The notes beneath the pieces are model-generated. The model was not told the DNA's origin, ran no database searches, and worked only from the letters and a program-made list of their open reading frames with translations. 32,000 bases of DNA from Bacteroides phage crAss002, in the sequence record NC_055828.1. One strand, given 5' to 3'. Below, in pieces: positions 9,141 to 18,385 of this stretch. The position numbers were made by a program, and so were the translations under genes. The first letter of the stretch is position 1, and every line of letters begins with the position of its first letter.

Positions 9141-9429
9141 TTTTATCTAATGATTTAATATATTTAATAGCTTCATCACGAGAATCACACAGTTTATCTA
9201 ATTCAGTACTACGCTTCCAACCATCTCCTTCATTAGTAATAACGGTAACACCATATTTACCTTTAAAGGTTATACCATTAACTTCTCTATTATAGAGTCC
9301 ATGTTGATTATCTTTTTCAGAACAACTAAGTTCGATAATATGATTTCCAACAGTATGATAACTATCAACAATGGGAGTAAAGAAATTACTTCCTTTAACT
9401 ATACTTTGGAATATCTTAGCTTTTTCCAT
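9130..9429 (-). CDS. hypothetical protein, about 99 aa
   Basis: Probable start MEKAKIFQSIVKG at 9429 rather than the track start at 9555, which lies inside the upstream ORF. Confidence 0.6.
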   Translation of the reverse strand: MEKAKIFQSIVKGSNFFTPIVDSYHTVGNHIIELSCSEKDNQHGLYNREVNGITFKGKYGVTVITNEGDGWKRSTELDKLCDSRDEAIKYIKSLDKNEV

Positions 9430-9751
9430 ATTTACTTCCAGTTTGATTGCGACACCATTCAAGATTAGACCAATGATTATTAGCACTATTACCGTCCTTA
9501 TATCTAACATATTTATATACGTTAGGTTTAGGATTAGTAACAAATGCTTTAGCAACGAGAGTAGCTATAAATAGCTTAGAACTATTACCATTGTGAAACA
9601 ATGTAACATGAGGTCTTTCACAACCTTTACCACGATACCATTTAAGATAACGCTTACGATTATCAGACCAAACTCTTCCATCTTCTCCTACACAATAATT
9701 AGGGAATTCTGAAATAGTAACGAATCTGACTATTGTTTTACTTTCTTCCAT
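9416..9751 (-). CDS. HNH endonuclease-like protein, probably degenerate
   Basis: NUMOD4-like start (ISEFPNYCVGEDGRVWSD) and HNH-like end (KYVRYKDGNSANNHWSNLEWC), but the usual first His (NHKDG) is replaced by Y. Confidence 0.7.
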   Translation of the reverse strand: MEESKTIVRFVTISEFPNYCVGEDGRVWSDNRKRYLKWYRGKGCERPHVTLFHNGNSSKLFIATLVAKAFVTNPKPNVYKYVRYKDGNSANNHWSNLEWCRNQTGSKYGKS

Positions 9752-10082
9752 ACTTTTTATTTAAATAATATGCACGACGTTTAGCTTCTTTAAAGGAATA
9801 AATCTTCCTATGCTTAATAATATGATTAAACAGGTCAATAGGAGCATAAACATCAGAAGTTCTTTCAATCTTACCGTTAAGATAATCATCAATCTTCTTA
9901 TGTAGTTCCTCATAGGTTATTACTATATGAATGATTCTAAGACCATGACAATAAGCATTATTATCGTTAGGTTGCCTAACAACAATATATCTACCTTTAT
10001 CTTCTCCTTCTTTCATTATCGGTTTTACAAATATAATCAATCTTATTAATAGACCAAAGAAAATCTTACTGTTTTTAAACAT
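9738..10082 (-). CDS. hypothetical protein, at most 114 aa
   Basis: ORF; true start may be MKEGEDKGRYIVV. Confidence 0.6.
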   Translation of the reverse strand: MFKNSKIFFGLLIRLIIFVKPIMKEGEDKGRYIVVRQPNDNNAYCHGLRIIHIVITYEELHKKIDDYLNGKIERTSDVYAPIDLFNHIIKHRKIYSFKEAKRRAYYLNKKYGRK

Positions 10083-10313
10083 ACGTAATTAGTGATTCTA
10101 AGGCTCACTGTTGAACGCAAGGCAAAAATAATATAGTTGTTCAGGTAAGTATAGTAAATCGTACAGAGACGAAATATCGGGCATTCTCGTTGATTTCCCC
10201 CATAAAGGAGTGTCGTTACTGTATACTTCCGACAGTCCTCTTTGAGTATAAGCTAACGATTTATCTCACAATCAGAGTATATAATAGAAACACTAACTTT
10301 ACAAGGGAATAAC

Positions 10314-10352
10314 AAAAAGCCCTACTGCTAATCTCTCGACTAACAATAGGGC
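10314..10352 (-). terminator. Intrinsic terminator with TCGAGAGA-containing loop
   Basis: - strand GCCCTATTG (10352-10344) / CAGTAGGGC (10327-10319), followed by TTTTTGTT; loop TTAGTCGAGAGATTAG. Confidence 0.75.
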
Positions 10353-10370
10353 AAGGTATCAAACCATGAC

Positions 10371-10724
10371 TTACTTTAACAACTTATATACTACAAGGGT
10401 ATCGTCCTCTTCTTCTTTTTCTAACTTAACGTTAGTATCAGATGTAACACGAAGGCTTCGTATTATATCAGAAGCGTTAACAGAATAATAACCATAATCT
10501 GAAACAGATACATTTCGGCATTGACCTTGAATATCTTCTGTAAGAAAACCTAGATATATTGATTCTTGTTCTTCCACTGGGTTGAACTTAACCATTAATA
10601 ACATCTTTAGTTTATCTTTCAGATGTATGTCTTTTATTATCAGTTTCTTCTTCTTATAGTCTATATAAGATTTATTATAATTAACTTTCTTCTTCGATAT
10701 TATTTGGTAATCCAGTAGGCTCAT
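10371..10724 (-). CDS. hypothetical protein, at most 117 aa
   Basis: ORF; the true start may be an internal Met (MLLMVKFNPVEEQ). Confidence 0.6.
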   Translation of the reverse strand: MSLLDYQIISKKKVNYNKSYIDYKKKKLIIKDIHLKDKLKMLLMVKFNPVEEQESIYLGFLTEDIQGQCRNVSVSDYGYYSVNASDIIRSLRVTSDTNVKLEKEEEDDTLVVYKLLK

Positions 10725-11946
10725 TATTAAGTATTTTAATTAAATTCCCATGACTCGGGACATTCTTCACTCCTGACCTACATCTATATTCGACAAACGC
10801 TGTCTTACCAATAAGTTTATCTTTATTAAGAAGATAACTTTCACGAGTAGAAGCATCACCAATCGGCATACATTCAAAGGTTTCACCATTAACATCATTA
10901 CGAAGAACGAATTTACTAAACTTAGGTCGTTTAGCTCCTTCGGGAATAACATCAATAATCTTGAATTTACCATCTAGTATTGGTTTACTTTTGTACATAG
11001 TAGAATTACGTTTGCCAAATTGATATGTAGCATAAGGATTACGAAGAATAGCTCCCTCGAACTTAGCTTCAACAAAGAGGTCTCGATATTTAATAATATC
11101 TTCATCTCCGTTAAGATTATCGTAAGTATGAATAAGTACGAAACGTTTCTTATTATTCATGTGATAATCAAGAATAACTTTAGCATTAACGTAATTAGGC
11201 ATCTTAAACTTGCCAAACTCTGACTTCAATAATGATATACGACTAGTTTGAATCATATCATCAATAGCTAAGTCGTAACACCAAAATTGAAGAAAGCGAT
11301 TATATGGACTTTTAAGATTCTCGGCAGCACTTAGAATATCATTTAGTTCAAGACCAGGAATATATAACTCTCCGTCTAATACTAAATTATCTTCTAACAT
11401 ACGATTGAATAGCTTGTCTGTAATAACATCATCTAGCAATACATTCTCCAATACAGGACACTTATATTCAAGTCCTTTACGACTACGAAATACAAGTCCT
11501 TTAGTTTTAAAGAATCCTTCACCACGCATAACAGCAGATATATTACAACGAACACCATTAATCTTCATTTGAGCTAATAGCCCTTGTTCGTTATTATATT
11601 CATATATCTTAGCTAACATAGGAAGAACAAATCCTTCATTATTAGTATTGTACTTAGGAAGATAACAATCAAGATAATTAAATAAATCATCTTCATTTGT
11701 TATTTCAGCAGGAGTATTATCATATAATTCTCCTAATTCAGTACCACCTTCTCTACGTTTAGCAGCAACAATAGTTTTCCATTCTTTCTCAACACCTCTA
11801 GGCGGAACATATTCAGATGTAGTACCTGTTTTACCAACAATACCATACTTTAGAATTATCTTATGACCTAGTATTTCTGCTGACCAAAAGATAGGTTTGC
11901 CTTGTGCATTACGCTTATAAAGAGTAATACTTTTCGATTCACTCAT
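10681..11946 (-). CDS. ATP-dependent DNA ligase with N-terminal WGR-like domain
   Basis: Ligase motif I AQMKINGVRCNI, III DGELYIPG, IV EGAILRNP, V-like KFKIIDV; N-terminus KPIFWSAEILGHKIILKYGIVGKTGTTSEY...EWKTIVAAKRREGGTEL resembles WGR. Confidence 0.88.
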   Translation of the reverse strand: MSESKSITLYKRNAQGKPIFWSAEILGHKIILKYGIVGKTGTTSEYVPPRGVEKEWKTIVAAKRREGGTELGELYDNTPAEITNEDDLFNYLDCYLPKYNTNNEGFVLPMLAKIYEYNNEQGLLAQMKINGVRCNISAVMRGEGFFKTKGLVFRSRKGLEYKCPVLENVLLDDVITDKLFNRMLEDNLVLDGELYIPGLELNDILSAAENLKSPYNRFLQFWCYDLAIDDMIQTSRISLLKSEFGKFKMPNYVNAKVILDYHMNNKKRFVLIHTYDNLNGDEDIIKYRDLFVEAKFEGAILRNPYATYQFGKRNSTMYKSKPILDGKFKIIDVIPEGAKRPKFSKFVLRNDVNGETFECMPIGDASTRESYLLNKDKLIGKTAFVEYRCRSGVKNVPSHGNLIKILNNEPTGLPNNIEEES

Positions 11947-12425
11947 ACTTCTTCAATTTTATATTTATTAGGTTGTTCACGCATAAGACCAATAGCAACC
12001 TCTCTATCTATTATCATAGACTTATTAGTATCTATAACAATAATCCTGACTTTAGGATTAGGAGAGGGAGATGTAACAGATTTCCGCTCCTTTATGGGGG
12101 AAGGTTTGGTAATCAGTTTACTAGTCTTATTAGTTCCCCTTTTCTTTTCGTAAACAATAGGAGGATTAACTTCTTCATATTTAAGATTAGCTTCATGAAT
12201 CTTTTCAAGAGATTCTTTATCATAACCTAAATATATAAGAGCTGCCATTATCCATCTATATCTAAAATGAATAGTTTGAATATAAGGATAATTAGGTAAA
12301 TCTAATTCATGAAGATAACTAGCAATAGTATCGGAAGTACCGTTAACTTTAAGATTATGTTGAATCATTCTTATATCAGAACCATCTAACTGATAACTAA
12401 ACGGATTTACGTTGTTTAACTTCAT
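11943..12425 (-). CDS. hypothetical protein, 160 aa
   Basis: ORF overlapping the ligase start (ATG/stop overlap). Confidence 0.7.
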   Translation of the reverse strand: MKLNNVNPFSYQLDGSDIRMIQHNLKVNGTSDTIASYLHELDLPNYPYIQTIHFRYRWIMAALIYLGYDKESLEKIHEANLKYEEVNPPIVYEKKRGTNKTSKLITKPSPIKERKSVTSPSPNPKVRIIVIDTNKSMIIDREVAIGLMREQPNKYKIEEV

Positions 12426-12942
12426 TTGCTGTAAGTCTTACAATTATATACTTTTTAGGTTTACCTATTCTCGCATGATAGAACTTGAAACACTTTAGAT
12501 AATCAGTACTTTCAGTCCACTGTATAAAGTTTCCTTTAGATACAGATGTATTAGTTTCATAATTAAACTCTCTTGGAATCTTATGACTACTATACATGTC
12601 TTTATCTAAGTAATTCTTAATGATAGCTAAGTGTTCAGGATTATCAAACTCAAAGTTACCATAAATTTTTATCTTAGAAAAGTCAATTGGTGTACCGTCA
12701 GAAAGAGAGAGATGAATTAAAATATCAGGATTATCAACCATTTGTTGTCTGACATCATCAAGATACTTCTCTTCTTCATCTGTTAAAGGATACATAAAAT
12801 AATAGCTATAAACATTTCCGCTATTACCGAAACTGTTTATAGCTATTCTCTTTAATGGAGCAAATGAATTAAAATCAATTACTCTACGTTCTTCTTGTGC
12901 CTTTGGAAATGGCACATATTCTTCTTCTCTACTCATATTCAA
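12397..12942 (-). CDS. hypothetical protein, 181 aa
   Basis: ORF in operon orientation. Confidence 0.7.
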   Translation of the reverse strand: MNMSREEEYVPFPKAQEERRVIDFNSFAPLKRIAINSFGNSGNVYSYYFMYPLTDEEEKYLDDVRQQMVDNPDILIHLSLSDGTPIDFSKIKIYGNFEFDNPEHLAIIKNYLDKDMYSSHKIPREFNYETNTSVSKGNFIQWTESTDYLKCFKFYHARIGKPKKYIIVRLTANEVKQRKSV

Positions 12943-14062
12943 ATAATGATTCAGTTTGTTCTATAAACGAATTAATAGTTTCTCTTGAATACATACTAAC
13001 TAACTCCGAGAAATCTTTAGCACCATAACTTCTTGGAATAACAATAGGTATAATACCATATTCTTTTCGTAACCTACGAGCACCACGTACTCCTGTTAAA
13101 TCACAATCAAAAAAAGAAATAAGTATTCCATTGTCGTTTAGCTTAGATTGAAGCCAGTTATATTCGTAATCTTTGAGAACATAGCTCTCCGAAGTAACAT
13201 TAATTACTCCTATTTGAGACTCTGACAAATTCCCCCGTAAAGGATAGGAATGTAACCAGTAACTTAATGCTAGATTGTCCTTATATGATTTAGTAATAAT
13301 AATTATATCATACTTAGGTTTATCAAGATTAAGTATTCCAACAAGACCATTATGATTAGTTATAAACTTGATTTCTCCCTTACTTCTATCTCGAAGAGGA
13401 AAATAACATTCGATATTATAAATACCGTTACTATCAAGTCCAGTAACATAAGCATAACAAGGGTCTGATTCCTTATATGTATATTTAGGACTAGGTTGAC
13501 AATACCTATTAATATACATTTGGTCAACAGGATAGACAAAATGAGTATTAAGCCAATGTAGACTAACTCCCCATTTTCCCCAAATATTCTTATCGTTATT
13601 AGTCCAAGTTCTAGTAGCTATTTCAATAATTGGTTTACTAGCTTTGATTTTAGATATTACTTGTTTAAGTAAGATTTCATTTTCTTCATCTACTTCTCCG
13701 TCATATATTATCTTACGGAAAGTATAAGCTATATGCTTTAATATATAATAGAAATCTGCCTTATTAGCAACATTTATATGACGACCAGTTTTAAAACTTA
13801 GTACATAAGCTACTAGGTCGAAACAATCACCAAATAGTACACCTGAAAAATCTCTAATTTTTAGCTTATGTTTATTATTGAAAGCAAAACCTAAAGTAGG
13901 ATGTTTATCATTTCTAAAAGGAGAACATATAAGAGTATTTAATTCAATACATTCATTTATAGTTTCAAGAGAGATATTACTGTATTTAGCCATAATCATT
14001 TCTTGACTAACCTTAGATAATATAAACTCTTTTGTTAAGTCATTTTTGATTCCTCTTTTCAT
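12929..14062 (-). CDS. DnaG/TOPRIM-type primase
   Basis: CHC2-like start (CSPFRNDKHPTLGF...IRDFSG-VLFGDCFDLVAYV) with incomplete metal ligands; TOPRIM-like IIIITKSYKDNLAL...LISFFDCDLTGVRGARRL...KDFSEL. Confidence 0.8.
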   Translation of the reverse strand: MKRGIKNDLTKEFILSKVSQEMIMAKYSNISLETINECIELNTLICSPFRNDKHPTLGFAFNNKHKLKIRDFSGVLFGDCFDLVAYVLSFKTGRHINVANKADFYYILKHIAYTFRKIIYDGEVDEENEILLKQVISKIKASKPIIEIATRTWTNNDKNIWGKWGVSLHWLNTHFVYPVDQMYINRYCQPSPKYTYKESDPCYAYVTGLDSNGIYNIECYFPLRDRSKGEIKFITNHNGLVGILNLDKPKYDIIIITKSYKDNLALSYWLHSYPLRGNLSESQIGVINVTSESYVLKDYEYNWLQSKLNDNGILISFFDCDLTGVRGARRLRKEYGIIPIVIPRSYGAKDFSELVSMYSRETINSFIEQTESLFEYE

Positions 14063-14651
14063 CTATAAAAATATAATATATTGTAGAATCCTTTTCTCTT
14101 GCTTCTTTTAGTTTTTTTATTTCATCAAGTGTAGGACTTTTCCATTTAAAGCCTCCGCACATAGAATTTACACCTGTTCTAGCTTTAGATATAGCACTAT
14201 GATTGCAACCTGTATAAATACTAGCATATTGATTATTAAGAAATACTCTAATTCTATTTCCTTCTAAATCACATTGTACAATAGGATTAAAATAATCTTT
14301 TATCTTTTGATTTCTAGTACCATAATTAGAATTGTATTTCGGAGTACACCACTCTAAATTGGACACATTGTTATTAAGAGGATTTTCATCTTTATGATTA
14401 ACTTGTGTAAATTCAATAGGATTAGGATTATCTAAAAAATATTTAGCAACTATTCTATGAATTTCTTTAGTTTTACTAATACTTTGTTTTTTATCACGTA
14501 ATACTACAAAGGCATAACCTTTAGAATTAACATTGATATCAAGAAGTTTATTAGAATGAATACTGAATATCTCACCTTTATTATTGACAAGATATGATGG
14601 AAATTCATCTATAACTTTCCACTCACTTTTTATAATATCCTTTAGTTCCAT
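14040..14651 (-). CDS. NUMOD4/HNH homing-endonuclease-like protein
   Basis: EWKVIDEFPSYLVNNKGEIFS...VNHKDENPLNNNVSNLEWCTPKYNSNYG. Confidence 0.93.
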   Translation of the reverse strand: MELKDIIKSEWKVIDEFPSYLVNNKGEIFSIHSNKLLDINVNSKGYAFVVLRDKKQSISKTKEIHRIVAKYFLDNPNPIEFTQVNHKDENPLNNNVSNLEWCTPKYNSNYGTRNQKIKDYFNPIVQCDLEGNRIRVFLNNQYASIYTGCNHSAISKARTGVNSMCGGFKWKSPTLDEIKKLKEAREKDSTIYYIFIDEKRNQK

Positions 14652-14684
14652 ATCTTTAATTTTTTTGTTAATCGAAATAAAGAT

Positions 14685-14724
14685 AAAAGAAATTCCCGTA
14701 GAATCTAAAAATTCTACGGGAATT
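14685..14724 (-). terminator. Intrinsic terminator after the SSB-like gene
   Basis: Perfect 14-bp stem AATTCCCGTAGAAT (14691-14704) / ATTCTACGGGAATT (14711-14724), followed on - strand by TCTTTT. Confidence 0.85.
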
Positions 14725-14759
14725 ATTATAACATTATTAACGAAATATATTTGGATTAC

Positions 14760-15803
14760 TTAGAATGGAAGTCCACCATTATCTTCTGTTTCAGGAGCAA
14801 AAGCAGAACTTTCAGTAGAAACAAATCCACCTGCTACACCACCTGCAAAACCACCCATAGGCATACTCGGATTAACAATTCCTGCACCCATAGGAATACC
14901 ACCAATACCGGCAGCAGTTCCAAGATTAGGAGCTTTTCTTTGTTTAGATTGTACACCTTCCATTGGAGCAATACGTTCTTTAGTAATGTCGAACATTAGA
15001 CTTGGTTCTTTGAAATGGTTAGCATCAAGCATAAACTGTTCTTCAAAGATTCCTTGACCTACAATATTTGGGAATACCAAATCGCCTTCTTCTGAACCTT
15101 GACCAGAGAAAGCCCAATCACCTTTGTTCTTATAATAGCGATTAAGTCTGAACCAAAATTGTCTAGGTTTACCTGTCTTATCAAGTAATGCAGATTTACC
15201 ATTTTCTCCACCTGTTTCAACAAGTTTAACTACATTGTCAAACAGAACTCCCCAAGCCTTGATAACATCTTCTACTTCAACTGGTTCATACTGACCATTA
15301 TCGTCATAATCAACATAACCAAGTTCAAGCATTTCAGATTCTTCATCAGTCATTTCACGACCTTTGAATACAACCACATCAAGGAAGTGTTTTATCCAAG
15401 CAAAGTCCATATTAATAAACTTCTCTTTAGCACCGCCAGGAATATAGTCAACATTACTTTCATAGGGCCAAAATGTCTTACTAGCAACACGAACATCAGC
15501 AGGATTAGTATGAAGAGAAGTAGCTTCAATAACAAGCTGTGGAATAGCTTTTCCTGCAAATGCTGGACGCATATTGTTATCTTCCTTCATAGTTACCCAA
15601 GCAACACGAGCATGAAGATGTCCAACAAATAACCAAAGGTTATTAATAGCATCTTTATGAGAGAACTTCTTACGAGCAGTAGTTCTTGTCTCATTACTAA
15701 TACCTCTACGACGCTTCTTAGTTGCAGTAGTTGCAGCATTATTAGCTGATTGATTAACTATTGGTTCTTCTACTTTAGCACTTTCTTCTTTTTGAGTACT
15801 CAT
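14760..15803 (-). CDS. single-stranded-DNA-binding-like protein
   Basis: Central conserved region with a Gly/Met/Pro-rich linker and acidic, aromatic-ending tail (...APETEDNGGLPF), as in SSBs. Start placed at MSTQKEE (15803). Position in replication block supports it. Confidence 0.55.
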   Translation of the reverse strand: MSTQKEESAKVEEPIVNQSANNAATTATKKRRRGISNETRTTARKKFSHKDAINNLWLFVGHLHARVAWVTMKEDNNMRPAFAGKAIPQLVIEATSLHTNPADVRVASKTFWPYESNVDYIPGGAKEKFINMDFAWIKHFLDVVVFKGREMTDEESEMLELGYVDYDDNGQYEPVEVEDVIKAWGVLFDNVVKLVETGGENGKSALLDKTGKPRQFWFRLNRYYKNKGDWAFSGQGSEEGDLVFPNIVGQGIFEEQFMLDANHFKEPSLMFDITKERIAPMEGVQSKQRKAPNLGTAAGIGGIPMGAGIVNPSMPMGGFAGGVAGGFVSTESSAFAPETEDNGGLPF

Positions 15804-15834
15804 AAAATTTGTTTTTATAAAGATTAATACTAAC

Positions 15835-15861
15835 AACAACAAGTTGTACAGGCTTGTTGTT
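15835..15861. promoter_or_regulatory. Hairpin in the 5' leader/promoter region of the SSB-like gene
   Basis: AACAACAAG (15835-15843) / CTTGTTGTT (15853-15861), 9-bp perfect stem, 9-nt loop. Confidence 0.5.
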
Positions 15862-15905
15862 TATTGCAAAGTTTCCAAATATAATAATTTTTTAAATCAT
15901 AGCCA

Positions 15906-15945
15906 AATAAAAAAGAGCTAAATTCAATTAAGAATTTAGCTCTTT
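15906..15945 (-). terminator. Intrinsic terminator after the 251-aa gene
   Basis: Perfect 14-bp stem AAAGAGCTAAATTC (15912-15925) / GAATTTAGCTCTTT (15932-15945), followed on - strand by a T tract. Confidence 0.88.
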
Positions 15946-15978
15946 ATAATCTAGCTTTTATCTAACCGGAAGAAGTTC

Positions 15979-16734
15979 TTATTTAGAAGATTGACGAGCA
16001 ATCGGTTCTTCATCGGCTTTGAAAGAAATCTTATAAGCGTTAACTTCAACAGTTTCTTTTTCATCACCAATAACTTTACCAGTTTCAACAGCAACTACGA
16101 ACGGTTCGTTCAAGTTAACTTCAAATACACGGTTAAACTTCTCTGCTTCGTCACCGAGACTTTCTTTCAATTCCGACCACATTGAAGAATCGGAGAAAGT
16201 CAACGGCAAACCAAGACCAGTAAGATTGGAAGAAGTAGAAGTACGAGCACCAGAGTAAGCACGAGTAGTAGGATTGTAGTCATCAATAGTAACTTCTTCT
16301 ACTGACTTACCAACTTCTTCTGCGATTCTTTCTTTGTTAAGTTCAAATGCAGCCGCTTTCTGTTCAGCAGTCATACGAACACCTGCAAGTTTGATTTCTC
16401 CGTTCTTCTCGAACAAAGGTACACCTTTACAGATACCATATTCACCGAAGTTCTGAATAAGAGCAGCACGAGCAGCTTCTGTACCAAACTCAACATTGTT
16501 CTCTTCGCACCATGCCATTACTTCGGCATCACGTTCAGCAATAGCTGCATCAATATCAGCAATATTACTAACAAACTGTACGTTATCACCGGGAACAAGA
16601 CCCATGATACGAGTTACTGCACCTGCCAAGCTAAACTTAGCTTTAGTACTGTTAGCAGTCAATGTAGGTTCGTTACTAGCTTGCATTACTCTCTTACCGC
16701 TTTGTACGGCACTCATGCCAAATTGAAGTCCCAT
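15979..16734 (-). CDS. conserved-looking hypothetical protein, 251 aa, individually terminated
   Basis: Long ORF with higher GC than neighbours and its own strong terminator, suggesting high expression. Confidence 0.85.
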   Translation of the reverse strand: MGLQFGMSAVQSGKRVMQASNEPTLTANSTKAKFSLAGAVTRIMGLVPGDNVQFVSNIADIDAAIAERDAEVMAWCEENNVEFGTEAARAALIQNFGEYGICKGVPLFEKNGEIKLAGVRMTAEQKAAAFELNKERIAEEVGKSVEEVTIDDYNPTTRAYSGARTSTSSNLTGLGLPLTFSDSSMWSELKESLGDEAEKFNRVFEVNLNEPFVVAVETGKVIGDEKETVEVNAYKISFKADEEPIARQSSK

Positions 16735-16764
16735 AATGTAAAAATTTTTAAAAGTTAATAATTA

Positions 16765-17328
16765 TTAAACGATATGATATAGTTCGGATTCGCCAAGAGA
16801 ATCTATCTCTTTGGAACTGGCTAATCGAAACGTATAACCATGAATAGGTTTATTTGTTTTTCCTTTTCTAATAGCTTCTGAAATAGTACCTTGAATTTTA
16901 TAACCAATATACTTAGCAGCTTTTGTAGCAGAACGAAATATTATCTCTTCACTTGTACTTATATTCTTACCAACAATAGGTAAGGACAACTTTAAAGATT
17001 TCTTCTCGCTCACATTACTATAATCTAGGTTACAAGCATTAGTAATCCATTCAAGATTATCCAGTCTATTATTTAAAGGATTCTCATCTTTATGATTAAT
17101 AACAAGTCCTTCAAGAGTAGTTGGATTAAAGTGATTCATCACTAATCTATGAACGTATATTAACACTTTGTTTTTTCCTTCTGAACAGTTATATAAACAA
17201 ACTCTAGCATGACCTCTATCTATTTTAGGTTTAAGAATTTGTTTAGTATATCTATTACGAACATTTCCTAGATTACTTACTTCGTAATTTGGAAATCCTT
17301 CAACGATTTTGTATTCTTCCATAAGCAA
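16765..17328 (-). CDS. NUMOD4/HNH homing-endonuclease-like protein with NUMOD1-like C-terminus
   Basis: EYKIVEGFPNYEVSNLGNVRN...LEGLVINHKDENPLNNRLDNLEWITNACN...SEEIIFRSATKAAKYIGYKIQGTISEAIRKG. Confidence 0.93.
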   Translation of the reverse strand: MLMEEYKIVEGFPNYEVSNLGNVRNRYTKQILKPKIDRGHARVCLYNCSEGKNKVLIYVHRLVMNHFNPTTLEGLVINHKDENPLNNRLDNLEWITNACNLDYSNVSEKKSLKLSLPIVGKNISTSEEIIFRSATKAAKYIGYKIQGTISEAIRKGKTNKPIHGYTFRLASSKEIDSLGESELYHIV

Positions 17329-17391
17329 TTAAAATTAGTTTTTGTCTTATTTCGTATCTATTGATTAGTAATAGTTAGACTTCTATTACTA

Positions 17392-18312
17392 TCAAATCTC
17401 TACAATATCAGCATCACTGATATTCATATTGTTTACTATCTTAGCTTCTGTTGTTTCCATACAACCAAGTATAACATCAGCAGCTATATCACGAGCAGCT
17501 AGTGTAAACGCTCTATGTCCAATAAGAGTTCTCATATATTTAGTATATGTATCTTTACTAGCAAGTCCAGCAGTTACAGCGTCACTATAACTAAAATGTC
17601 CTATACTAGTAATAACTCTGTTATCTACCACACGAGTAAGTTTATATTCAGTAATATAATCACAAGGAACATTAGGTATTCGGAAGATTGGAACTAATCC
17701 TTTAGCTGCAAAATCTTTAGCTTGTTGTTGATTAGCTGCAACTCCGAACTTATTATTTAACTGATATTCCTTATATATAGTACCATTATAATCTTGATAA
17801 TTTCTAACTGGATAAATACCAATTTCATCATTATCAGAACTAGCATTAAATTCATCAGCTTCTTTCTTGCTTTTGAATCTCCTACAATACTCTGGTATCT
17901 TACTATCAATATAAACATTATTACCGTCTGTATATTCATACAGAGCTATATAATCTTTAGTGCATTCCCATGTTATAGCTGCCTTCAATAATAACGCTTT
18001 AATTAAGTGAACGTCTAATGTAGTTTTACCATTAATAACTCCTAGGTGTTCAATACAACTAGTAAATGGTAAACCTAGTTCTTTAGCACGACTATATATT
18101 GCAAGACCATCTTGAATAGTCTTAATACCGCACTTATCACTAGACATTACTGATTTCAGATACAACTCTAACTTACTCCTATCATCGGGATTGTAAATGT
18201 CTAGTGTATTCAGAGCAGAAGCCACAACCATACCATTATTATTATTAGTAGGTTTTGCTTTTGGTTCTGTCTTAGCTAGAGTCTTTTCATTCTCTGTCTT
18301 TACTTCTTCCAT
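17392..18312 (-). CDS. RecT-like single-strand annealing protein (putative)
   Basis: IYSRAKELGLPFTSCIEHLGVINGKTTLDVHLIKALLLKA and DAVTAGLASKDTYTKYMRTLIGHRAFTLAARDIAADVILG resemble RecT-family conserved segments. Confidence 0.6.
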   Translation of the reverse strand: MEEVKTENEKTLAKTEPKAKPTNNNNGMVVASALNTLDIYNPDDRSKLELYLKSVMSSDKCGIKTIQDGLAIYSRAKELGLPFTSCIEHLGVINGKTTLDVHLIKALLLKAAITWECTKDYIALYEYTDGNNVYIDSKIPEYCRRFKSKKEADEFNASSDNDEIGIYPVRNYQDYNGTIYKEYQLNNKFGVAANQQQAKDFAAKGLVPIFRIPNVPCDYITEYKLTRVVDNRVITSIGHFSYSDAVTAGLASKDTYTKYMRTLIGHRAFTLAARDIAADVILGCMETTEAKIVNNMNISDADIVEI

Positions 18313-18385
18313 TATTTCAAAGGTCGCTTATTGATTACTCTACAAAGATACTAATTTCTTTTATAACTCCAAAGATTAGCATCTA

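Noticed and set aside
9416-17328. Group I introns around the HNH ORFs
   Set aside because: HNH ORFs fill gaps between complete neighbouring genes; I could not see split genes or conserved P/Q/R/S-like intron core sequences around them.
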